From positions 927,805-991,804 of the forward strand of contig NMRA01000040.1 of the NCBI GenBank assembly GCA_002633005.1: a stretch of 64,000 bases of DNA, written 5' to 3'. The position numbers were made by a program, and so were the translations under genes. A model generated the notes under the pieces. The model did no database searches. It worked only from the letters and a program-made list of their open reading frames with translations, and was not told the DNA's origin. This document shows positions 52,672-64,000 of the stretch, piece by piece (the first letter of the stretch is position 1; every line of letters begins with the position of its first letter). The stretch comes from Phoronis australis (taxonomy: Eukaryota > Animalia > Phoronida).

Positions 52672-55665
52672 CCGTAAAATGAGGTGAAGGTGGCAGTTTT
52701 TGAGCTTTTTTATTCAATTACTTTATAGTTATGTAACAGAGAGAAATGTGGGCTAAAAATCCGGACAGCTATTTCCACCAACGAAACTAATAGTTTCTGT
52801 TTGGGATTTCTGAGGGTTAATTCAATGGTTTTTGCAACCTGCCAACTTTGTCTCCCAAGCAGGGAAAGTTGGCACTGTAATATCCAAAGCGGGTAAAGTT
52901 GGGATTGTAATTTTTTGCACAGTAAAATTAAATGTTGCAGTAGTTGTCTCAAAACTGATAAGTGGATGACAAGTATTAAGCATTATAAAACTTTTTCCCA
53001 TGACTGCCGCGAATATTCGAAAAAAGATTTCAGGAGCTGGGCAAAAAATGAAGCAGTTCAATATGCAAAACATATAACATTGAACATAATTATGTCTTAT
53101 AATTACCTCCCAGTTCGTTATCGGCAACTAATGGTTCAATAAACGAAAACACTTCTAAAATGTTTTTAATGTAATAAAAAGGAATGAATATGAATAGAAA
53201 CTTTATTCATCAACAAAAACAATTCACAAATGCTACCAATTTAAGCTAAAATCATTCCACTTCTGTCAAACTGACAAAACTATGGGAAATAAACAAGCTT
53301 GCTCTTAAACCTATTGTTTCAGCCTTTTGCACAAACGCCTTAAACATCATGTCGAGAATCATGATTTGATGAAAACAATCGTATGTATCTTGACCTGTGC
53401 CACAGAAAACGCACGATGCGCATTCGTCACATTCACTATATCCGAGTCGATGTCACCTGCACATTCAGTGTGAACTCATGGTAAACAATTACAGCAAAAA
53501 TCATGTCTTCCTCTCTCGTCTTCCCGCACATAAAACAAAACCATTCCTTATCAAAAATCTGGCGCTCAGTAATCACGCGTCTTGCCCTTCTAGTACACTT
53601 TTAGACTTTCTTTTGGTTTCTGTCACTTTCTTTCCCAATGTTTTCATGTTGGCACTCGATGATTGAGCCGATGCGATTACTTGGCTTTTTACTGAGATGA
53701 TTATGCAGGGGTGAAATCATGCTTTGGAGTAACTTTCTCAGACGGTTCAGGAAGTTCTGTGCAACTGAGATCGTAAATTATACAATCATAATGGCCGGCA
53801 TTTTCTCCAATGCTTGTGTATTTAACCATCAGCGGTTGTGAATTGAATTCAACCCCGTATTTCATAGACGGAGACTGATCAGTGAGGACATGACATCCAA
53901 ATGATTTCAAGTTCTCCAACCATTTCTGTTGGATTTGCGATCGATTCAATCCTCTGTGTAGCCTGCGCGGTAGATCGGCATTTAATTGCGCCACACTTAT
54001 TTCTAGAAGCTCTTTCGAATTGGTGCAGATGTGACTACCTTATTAGTTTCAAAAAGCTTGTTAATAAGATCGATTGGCTAGCCAAACTGTTCACGCTCAA
54101 TGCTTTGCAACTGTGTATTTATACCAATTGCAAGGCTTGGGGAAAAAGCAACGTCCATCCGGATATGCTCTCACTACATTCTGTACTTGTTCACCATTCA
54201 AGCTGAATGGTGGGAAGACTGCTGATTGGGGCCATTCGACGACTGCGAAACGGAAAAACTGGTGGATGGACCTTCTTCAGGGGAAGTGCATGGTCCTGCA
54301 GTGGAAGAAGTGTTATTAGCATTTTGCTGTTCGTTTTCTGAGGCATCGACTTCATCTGAATCTGTTGACTCATTAAGTCCTGGAGTACCTTCGAGATTTG
54401 ATGATTCATTAAGGCTTGAAATGTCGCTCGTGCTTTTTCCGGGTTCAACATCTACACATCTAGCACGCTTTCGAGGTTGCTGGTCGCTCTTGCCGTGGCG
54501 CATTTTATACAAGCTGTCCACTACAACCTGGGCAACGGTATTTCTCACAAGCTGAATGTGATGCTGCTGAATATGCGGTAACCTATCGAGCACAGGCTGC
54601 TTGTCCAATGGATGGATGCCAGATTTTCGGAATCCGCTTATAATGTTTTCATTGAGTTGTTTGCCCATCCTCAACATCAGCTTTTTGAGAAGAGAAGGGA
54701 ATTAATCTTTGGGAACTGATTCGTGCCAACATCCTCTGCCACGCCAGTTCTTCTTAACGGAGGAATACACGCCCACGTCCAGACGTTGGAGTAGATGTGT
54801 GCTATTTGGTGGAAGACAGACGAAGGCGATGTTAAGCTTTGAGCATTGCTCAGTAACAGTCTCATTGATATGAGGCGAGTTGTTGTCTCCAATCAGGACC
54901 TTATTTTCAGGGATTCTTTTCACCCAAGGCACGATTGTCTCGCACCAGTCCTGAAATGTTGTCGAGTTAAAGCAACCAGATTTGTTCTGTTGTAACGGGC
55001 GAGTCGCGGACCACCTTCGGTCCAGGTGTCCAGCATGTGCTTTGACTTGTAAACAACGTACAGTGGTAATGTTTCCCCTGTCGCAGTTCCACTAAACATT
55101 AGTGACACGCATTGTGGAATTCATGATAGATTCAGGGTATTTAATTCCTCGTCGAAAGATGCATCGCTTACGACCTGGGTCGTTATTCAAATTTGTCTCA
55201 TCATAGTTAACTGTGTGAGGGTTGAACGCCGTGCAAGGTTTTCTCGAGGTTTCCAATAAATTGATCGACGGTTTTGCTACTAACTTGCTCTGGCACGATT
55301 CATGTTTTGACATGTTCTACTTGCGAGGGTTTGCTTATGCCTTTTCTCGAAACTGAACCCATTCCTTCCCTGGGAAATTATGTTTGAAACGTTTCACTTT
55401 GCGACCACTTTTGTCTAGAAAGGACTTCACCATCACAGGCGTAAACCCAAATTGTCCACGGGGAAACCCCAGTCTGCCATCACTGCTACATTATCTGCGA
55501 TTGACTTTTCTTCAGTGTCCGACATAACTTTCTGGCCACCGTGACATTTCATGTTGACGCCCTTTAGACGATTTTGCAGGGTCCCCCTCGGGACCTTAAA
55601 CGTTTTCGCTGCCTCAGCTTAACTCATGCCACCTTCAGCTGCAGACACTGCATTTGTTAGATCTT
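52672..55665 (-). mobile_element. Degenerate pogo-family transposon (HTH/CENP-B, DDE, putative OTU, PHD); one end lost at the LINE junction
   Basis: AAKTFKVPRGTLQNRL (HTH), DWGFP, NYDETN, LIGDNNSPH, LPPNSTHLLQRLDVG; terminus TA|CCGTAAAATGAGGTGAAGGTGGCA at 52670. Confidence 0.88.
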
Positions 55666-58600
55666 CCGGCGATTACTTGTTAAAGACACCAACTAAAACA
55701 AAGCAGCTGTCATACGCTCAGGCTGCAAAGGGCCCGTCAAACAACCTTGAGGTCCTCAGACTGGCGATGACGCTCACCGAGCTGGCGGTGGGCATAATGG
55801 CAACAAAATTAGGGCTCGACTTCGGAAAAGAGGAAGTCAGCCAGCTGATCGTTGACTCGGTCAGATCTGAATGGCTCACAGGTCCTCCAGCTGATAACCA
55901 GACAGTGAAATTTAGACAGTACCAAAAGAGACACCACGTGTTTCCGACATGGCTAGTCTACTACACATTAACCTCAATGGGGCGAGAGGGAAACGGCGAA
56001 CTCTAAGAGTATCTTGCCTACGAAAAACCAGACGTAGTATCCATGAACGAAACCTGGCTGTCCGACAAAATCAAATTCACAATACCTGGCTACAGCATTG
56101 TACGGAGAGATCGCTCCGACCGCTCGGGCGGCGGGGTGGGCATCCTTGTCAGGCAAGGAGTTGATTTCACTCCCATTAACACAAATATGCTCTCAGCGGA
56201 AGTAGTGGCGGTTGAATTCCGTATCAACAGCAAAACCACTACAATCGTGTCGATCTACAACCCTCCGGGGAGCACTGTAGACAAATACCTATTCAGGCAC
56301 TTCACGAACTCGTATAGACAATGCATATTTATGGGCGATTTCAACTCCAAGCATCTGTTCTTCGGAAACAGAAAAACTGACATAACAGGCGAGATACTTT
56401 TCGACGCCGTTGAAGACTCAGATCTGTACCTAGTCAATGACACTGGTGAGCCCACTTACCAGCAGTGGACTGGCGCACGCCGCCAAATCCGGTACCGCGA
56501 AGTCTTGGACTTCATATTCATTACCCGATCTCTACTCAGCTCAGTGCATGAATGCGAGGTTAGGGGCGACCTCATGAGTGACCAACTACCGGTACACCTG
56601 AAACTAGATAACGCCAGAGGCCGCGGGCTCGACTTCCTCCCAAACGCTTACACGCGCTCATTTAAGAAAATCAACTGGCAACAAATTCAGTGGTATGTGG
56701 AGACCAACATAAATAGTACGGAGAGCGCACTCCGCACTCCAGCCGATATTGATCACGCGTCTCGAGCGTTAAGCAATGCTATAAACAACGCATTGGATAA
56801 AAACTGTACGACTGTGAAGATACGCCCATTCACATGGCGGTGTTCTGCAGACACACTAATGCTTATATCCGGCTCAAACGGAAAATCAGGCGCAAGACCC
56901 AGGTCTACCCTGACAACCCGATGTACCGTAACATCTATAATGTACTGAAAAGACGCGTCGAGAACGCTGTCAAGCAGGAGAAAAGGCAATTGTACATGCA
57001 ATACTGTCAGAATATAGTCTGACAGTATTATTAGTTGTATTGTTTTGTTTTGTTATTCAGTTTGATTTGCATGACCCCTGAGTTAAGTACAATGATGATG
57101 TAATTTGTTTACTACAGAATAGTATGGAACTTTCTAGAAGACTCTAGCATGACAGTGATTGATGAAGTCTGGAATATTCTAGAGACTAGTACATGTTTGT
57201 AGAATGATTGGATAGGTTCCAGAAACTTTCTGGTATGTGCTTGAATTGATGAAAAGTTCTAGAACAATGCATTAGGCTATAAATACACAAACACGGGTTT
57301 GTGTTAGTCAGTTGAGTACAAGAAGATCAAGTCGGGAGTTCATCAAGAGATCAAGTCAGTTAATCGGTGAGTTCAAGAAAGTTAATCAGGAGAACTACAG
57401 TTGAGTTGCAGTGAAGAGAATCAGCAGTTACAGCGATAGTCAATAGAGAGCCAGCTGTAGAGACAGCAGGTTATTGAATCGAGTGTAACAGTTGCTGAAC
57501 GTGTCTCAGAAGTTCATCACAAGTCAAGGCTTCGCAGCACTGGCTGGAGCATAAACAGACATTACGTCGGACGTTTTCTTTGAGTAGGCTTGTGAACGTA
57601 CGGTTGGGATTAATAAAGGATTAACTCGAACCAGTCTTCAGTCAATCTTCTCACCGAAAGCTATTAGCACCGGTCTGTAACAACCTGCGCCCACCCACAC
57701 ACGGGGAAAAACGTGACAAATACTGTGAGTCTCTTAATGAGGAAAGGGGCAAAGGTTTTTGGCAGGCCTTTAAGAGGATTACACGCACGGGCACTCGCAA
57801 CCACCAGAGTGCAAAACCACTGATTCATGACAACAAAACTGGCTCCTCTAACTCAGACAAGGCCACAGTGATTGCCAAAACTCTAGAGAGAACCCACAGG
57901 ATGCACGAAGGCCCGATCTTCTGCAATATGACAAAACGCCTCGTAGACTGTGCAATGGTCCGAAAAGCACATCTGTTCAATACCCTTAACACAATTACGC
58001 AAGAACGCGGAGATCACCACCAAATGCTTGCTGAAATAACGCCATCAGGCGAACACTTTCTAAGTGTAAGAAAAACAGCAGCCCAGGAAGCGATTCCATC
58101 TCGTAGGACGTTCTGACAAAATGTCCGCTGCCTCTTCACGAGAGGCTAACCGAGATATACAACAGATGCCTTGCTATCGGCCACTTTGCCAAACCGTGGA
58201 AAAGCGCAGTGGGTGTCATGATACCCAAACCAGAGAAAGACCATACTAACCCGGCCAACTACCGCCCAATAAGTCTGCTATCATCCATTGGCAAAACGTT
58301 CGAACGAATCCTCACGAATAGAATAAACCCAGAACTGGATTCCAAAGGCTTTTTTAATATGTGGCAACGAGCCTATAGGAAAAGTCGTGAAGGACCCGAA
58401 CACATTCATAGACTGATAGCTCAAGGCAAAACGGCAATGGGCAAAAACTTTTGCACCGGGGCCATAATGTTGGACGTGGAAAAAGCCTTTGACCCTGTAT
58501 GACATGATGACGGAATGAGATACAAACTCTCCAATATAGGTCTACCTGACAAAATGGTTAGACTCCTGTCATCTTTCCTGAGAGACAGATGCATCTCAGT

Positions 58601-58888
58601 CAGACAGGGACAAACCGTCTCCCAACCGGTGAATCTGAGGGCCGGCACCCCCAGGGGTCCGGTCCCTAAGTCCGTTGCTATTTTTGATCTACATGTATGT
58701 CAACGACCTACCAGTTCACCCAAGGGACAAAGTTCAGATATCCCAGTTCGCCGACGATCTCGGGTTCTGGACAAGTGAAAAACAAGAGACAGTTGCCCTA
58801 ACTACAGTTGCCCAAGCACGTCTCCAGCGGGCACTATCAAAACTGGAGGACTGGTGCTCCATCTGGCGCATCAAACTCAATGCCGCCA
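55665..58888 (+). mobile_element. Jockey/I-group LINE (end of ORF1, ORF2 APE plus RT), frameshifted, split by a solo LTR
   Basis: SYAQAAK; HINLNG, NETWL, GGGVGIL, YNPP, GDFNSKH, LDFIF, SDQLPV; IPKPEKD..NYRPISLL, LDVEKAFD, QFADD. Confidence 0.9.
57005..57718 (+). mobile_element. Solo LTR (714 bp)
   Basis: TGTCA...TGACA termini, perfect 5-bp TSD AATAC (57000-57004 / 57719-57723), TATAAA at 57278, AATAAA near 57613; removal restores LINE frame QYCESLNE. Confidence 0.9.
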
Positions 58889-61800
58889 TAGATTATAGCA
58901 TTTTCAGGATTTCTTAGTGGCTATTTTGTCTATTTTTCCTGTTGCTCAATCGAAAATTTAAAAAAATCGTAGCCCCCAGTGTGTTTGTGTTGGGTTTGAT
59001 TATCTAAGAACGATAGCATCAGCAGCTTGAGANTCTACAATCGTGGTTCAGTTTACACAAATTCTTACAGCCGGACAAAATGTTGGGCCCCCCCCCTTGT
59101 GATATCCTAGATCCGCCACTGGACACTTGGCTTACCTCAAAATTTAAGGCTCCCTGCTGGTACTGCCCAAACCACTGTATTAATGAGGCACGGAATACTG
59201 TTTCGACCACGCGCGAGCTCTGGGCAACATTCAGTTAAAATTCACAGGCTAAAAGTCACAATTCTTGTCCGATTTTAAAAATTCAAAAACCAAACAACGT
59301 TCAATTTTCATGGGCAAATCGAATTAAGGTGCTATTTAAAAATTTTTCAAGTCGAAAATTTAAAAAAATCGTAGCCCCCAGTGTGTTTGTGTTGGGTTTG
59401 ATTATCTAAGAACGATAGCATCAGCAGCTTGAGACAATTTAGTTATAATAACCGCAACAGCATGAGGTCTTTGATCGGAACCGACAATTTCTGAGGTAGG
59501 CAACCCGGTGGAGTTGCCCAATCCTGACCGGTTTGGATGGCAATGTAGGATTCTTGTCATGCATGTACCTTACACGAAACTGATAAGCACCACAAAGAAG
59601 ATGCCCTTTGCAGTGCACTGTCGGCGCATATCATCACTTCTCGTTGCTTTTGTCATTTTCTTACCAAAACTGTGGCCGATTAATATACATTGTATGGAAA
59701 CCCCTGGGCCAAGCTTATCGACATATCTTTGTCCGAAGAAACGGAATTGCCGTCCACACGCAGACTTACCAAAGAATTTGACAAATTACTCATGGAACGA
59801 GTTATTGCTAGGTTTGGAGGCTGTGTGGACGCTATTTTTTAAAAACTAGTGCAACTTACCTCACTTGTGACAATTGTAACTCGCTTCAGTCAGCATAGCT
59901 TACTATATCCAATCTGCTAATGAAACTGTTTTCCAAGAAATCAGAATACTGATTTATTCATAATTTTAACGTTTCTTTTGGAACAAAACATTTGACGATC
60001 GAGAAAGTATCGTTCGGATGTTTCCATGGTCGTCACTGACTTGTCGGTAATCTTGATTTCAGCTTCGACCTGTTTCCGGTCGGCATCCAATTGCACCTTG
60101 ATCCCCCCACCCTCTCGAAAAGTTGCCGGAATACTTGTGCCACATATCGAGGTGGGGTAATTTGTTGTAGGATAATTTACGGGACTTCTAATCATTGTGT
60201 TGCCGCAAACCTGGGGCAAGACAAAAGTAATTATCTGCTGCGGCTACGTGCCGACGANCCCCCCCCCCCCCCCCACATTGGCATTAGGTGTTCATTGTCA
60301 CTCACAGAACTACATCTTCTGCCTTATCCTAGTTATCGGATACGAGTGTGCGGAAGTTGCACTAGTGGAAGTTGTTCTTGGGTGGGCCGCAGTGTGTGGC
60401 CGGGACGACTCAAACCAATATCCCAGCTACTACCGAAATATAGTTACGCTAATTAAGGATAATTAAAAATGCACGCTCTCGCACAGAATATTGCTAACTT
60501 GCGAAGAACAAGAACAGGACCAGACTCTCACGTGCAGAATTCAATCTGGTGGTCTCCCGGGAAACTGTAAACCTTTGGATGAGCCCATGCACAGGTGACG
60601 GGTTGCCAGTCAGCCGTTTTCATTTCGTTTGTCTTAATGTACGCGATCGCCTAATACTGTGAATGATTGCAAATTCTTGCACTCTCCTGCCAGAAATTAA
60701 GGCAGTTTTCTTGTGGCAATAAATATCTGAACAAAAGCTGAAGATTCGAGAGCTAACACGTCACGTTTCATGTGCCGGTAGTAAAGTTGCGAGTGAAACT
60801 GTAACATTCGCAGGAGTTGGAGAAGCGAATAAAACAGTAGGAATTTGGAGAATTTGACGCGGGGTTTTGCGAGTAAGTAAAAAAATTGATGTACGAAATG
60901 TCGATGAATGTTTGAAAAATGGTTACAACTAATTTTGAAAGAATAATAGGAGCATCAATTTCTGATTTCACGCCTGAATCCTGGTGTCATCACGGAGACT
61001 TGTATGTCAATTGCTACTAGTCCGCGATTTTTGCTTTCACTTTCAATGAAATTGTTTATATCTGCCGCCTCAAGTGAACGATAACCGTAAACCGAATCGG
61101 AGATACTGCATTCGTTTTGTGTCTAAGACAATAGGAAAGTGAAGCTCGGTAAAAAACCTTTAATGAAAAGTAAAACTTATTCATTTTTCAACCACCATTT
61201 TGATCAAAGATCAAACTAAAATACACTAAAGAAATCCCCAAAATGTCAAATTTGTGAAGTAACATTTATTAATCCTTATATTTAAAAGTAGAGTTGGATA
61301 CTCGGGAATTCAAGTGGCAAATATATTCAATTAATAACAACCACCACCATAAGTGATGAAAAAGTCATAACTTGGATTAATTTTCTTAGCAAGTCATTCC
61401 ATGGATACCTTTTTGAGTACTTATCCATATTGTGAAAGCATGAACCTACTTCTCGAGGTCGTCAACGTTCTAGAAATTCCGTCTGCAAAACAAACTGTGC
61501 TTTACCGTCTAGGCCTGTCACAAGACGTGAAAAAGGCATGAGTTACAGAAAACACACTCCATGGCGTTTCTCAAAGATGAAGAAATTCGACACGGCCATG
61601 TCTTTTTGCCACGTCCGCCGGAAACAAACTGAGATGCTAAAAATGCTGTTCTTGCAGCAGAGTCGATGAACATTTACGGTAACCGTAGGTGCTGCAAATC
61701 TCGGCCACAACACACCAAACATCTAACTGCATGAGTGACGCGTAAAGTGTGGTTCCATAGGATAATTAGATCATAGGTTCTCTTAAAATTATCATCTGAA

Positions 61801-62356
61801 CTATCTTGTAGGCAAAAACATTTCAGTTTATGCCCTTTCTCATTGTCACGAACTGCCAAACAGTTCTCCATGCCCATATTCTCAGCTAAAATGACCTCCC
61901 AATTGTTTTGCAAGGGCCTGCACTCAGACCATGATCTACTTGTCAACATTGTGTCAGAGAAATATACTAGTTATATACTGTTGAACATTTTATATTCTTC
62001 TATGTTTAGTGTCTTTTCAGACACTGACTGCGTCATCATTGACAGTGCCCACTGAAGCAATGGCAAATGTCTACCATATACCTAAATAGGTGTAAAGCGT
62101 CTTAAATGTTGGTGAATATTGTTTTCATGAAAAACGGAAAATAATTGTTCATGATGTTTATTATGTAGCACAATATACACAAAGCTTATCAAACAAGTGA
62201 AAACCAACAAGGAAACAATCATTTACTTATTACTGAATGACGTCAGTTCAATGGTTTTACAAAGCCTTGAAATAAACATGAGAAAACAAGTTCATTGTTC
62301 CCTTTTGTCAGAGCGGAGCCTCAGTTACTGAACTTAGAGGTTTTTAATCGCATAAT

Positions 62357-63683
62357 TTGGCTCGTTTCCCAGAGAGACTTTTTACCCAGGCATTGAGCAA
62401 CCTATGCAAGGCATTGGTATTACATCCACACAATTTAACAAACTTGAGTGACTTGGTCTTCGGGAGGGCAGAGGAAGCTCACTTGTGTCTAGACAAGTAC
62501 GTAGAAAACTCAGTTAAGGACAGTGAAACGGAAACATCGCGGGGACTTGAATTCCATGTATGCCATAACAGGGCCTGATCAAACTCTGCGACAGAGCTCA
62601 CAAACACTTCTGAACAACAGCGCGTTCAAGAATGAACTGGCAAAGTTCCTTTTGACGGAATGGAGAAAAGACCATTATTGGTATATGTTTGGTGGGAAAA
62701 CCTTGTTTGTTTCCCACGGTGGTGACTGCTACCAGTTCTTTCCCGACGATAACCAGCAAATCATGGTGACAAAACCTGCCCATCTCCAAGGTGATCACGA
62801 GGAAGCGGATACGCCGATTGCGTTCCACGTCGCAAACATCCCAATCGGTCATGTTATGGTGAGGGCTTCAGATACAGATGTTTTAGTAATCTTGCTTGAT
62901 ACACTCGGACAACAGCGGCGAGAAATAAGATCAACGACCAACGATGTCATGGACTGTGGGATGGGAAATAACAGATGATTTATCAACATTTCCGACATAG
63001 CAAACGTTCTTGAAGAGCGCAAGTATGGACTTGCCAGAGCAATGCCTGGATACCATGCCTTCACTGGATGTGACTACACATCTGCCTTTTATAGGTATGT
63101 TATCGAAATCTTGATTATTGCAGTAGTGACAAGAATTGAATGAATTCGATTACAGTGAGGAGAACTGATTGAATTCGATTAGCTGTGATTACGTCTGCCA
63201 TGTAAATGAAGTCTAAGTAACGTATAATGGTTGCCTCCTTTAAATAAAAAAGATTTCTATTATGAATTAGTTGTACACGTCATTCCTTATTTTCTAGAAN
63301 ATTTCCTTTCAGGAGAATCCACTTGCAAATTTAAGGCGAATTGACTGTGCGTTGCTCCCACCTTGTCTCCGTAGTCTGCAGATGAAGATTCGCCGAACTC
63401 AGTACGTCACAGCGCTATGGACCCGTGCCGCGACAGCATATCCCGGGGCTGGACTGACACCAACTGATTATGGTTGGCATGCAACTGAAACTCACACACT
63501 TCTGCCAGTTTGGTTTGAGGGGTCCATTCTCCCTGACATATTGTTCGGTTCGAATGCAGAAGTCAACAACAGTAACCTTGGGAATGAAGCAACCAGCATT
63601 TGAGATAGTTCTTCTGAAGAACTGTCAGATTCCGAAGTTGATCCATGGAGTGAAGACTCCGACTCTGATGAAGAGGATTAATT
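62357..63683 (+). mobile_element. Second Academ-type transposase gene fragment (different family, intron-containing, pseudogenised)
   Basis: LDKYVENSVKDSE, GDHEEADT, RASDTDVLVIL, GYHAFTGCDYTSAFYR|GTATGT (63094), acceptor at 63312, LLPPC, PTDYGW, PVWFEG, acidic tail; in-frame stop and frameshifts; n join at 63300. Confidence 0.8.
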
Positions 63684-64000
63684 ACGGCACTTTGGATTCG
63701 ACTAAAACATGCACAGGGAATAATTTGGGTCATTGGAATGAGAGTGAATATTGGTTATAGCGATAAGTCTCCTTTTATATTTTTGTGTTTGTTACCCATG
63801 AATGGTGTTCTCCAAAAAGGATGAAAAAGCCTTTATGGCAACTGACATTTGGTTCATATAGTCGTCTTAAAGCTGTAACGTAGATAAAACATTCTGTTCA
63901 TGTTGCGAACTTGTTATTCACATTGCTCGGGAATAACGAGTCCTGATAGTTTTTCAGTTAATTTAGTTTGATAAGCATTTTATTTGCCCGACACAGATAT

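Overview
Repeat-rich animal (most likely marine invertebrate) genomic DNA, so most ORFs in the supplied track are spurious or transposon debris. There are two host genes on the + strand. One is the last coding exon of a YAP/Yorkie homolog (3108-3191, ending LTWL*) with a long AT-rich 3' region. The other is a complete 8-exon GDP-L-fucose synthase gene (GFUS/TSTA3/FX, CDS 23028-51717, 326 aa) whose sixth coding intron is a 7.5-kb U12-type GT-AG intron. The rest is a nested mosaic of mobile elements: Academ, Gypsy, Helentron-type non-autonomous elements (HINEs), Penelope fragments with hammerhead motifs, Kolobok (THAP), a pogo element, several LINEs, a tRNA-SINE, a solo LTR and MITEs. The most unusual signals are: (i) HINEs whose ~145-bp monomers each carry a CTCF-like motif, organised as a 3-mer higher-order repeat; (ii) a pogo element with an apparent OTU protease plus PHD finger; (iii) a solo LTR with clustered heat-shock elements ahead of its TATA box; (iv) a Harbinger-type MITE caught twice as filled and empty alleles at assembly joins. 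All calls come from reading the sequence by eye, with no database searches.
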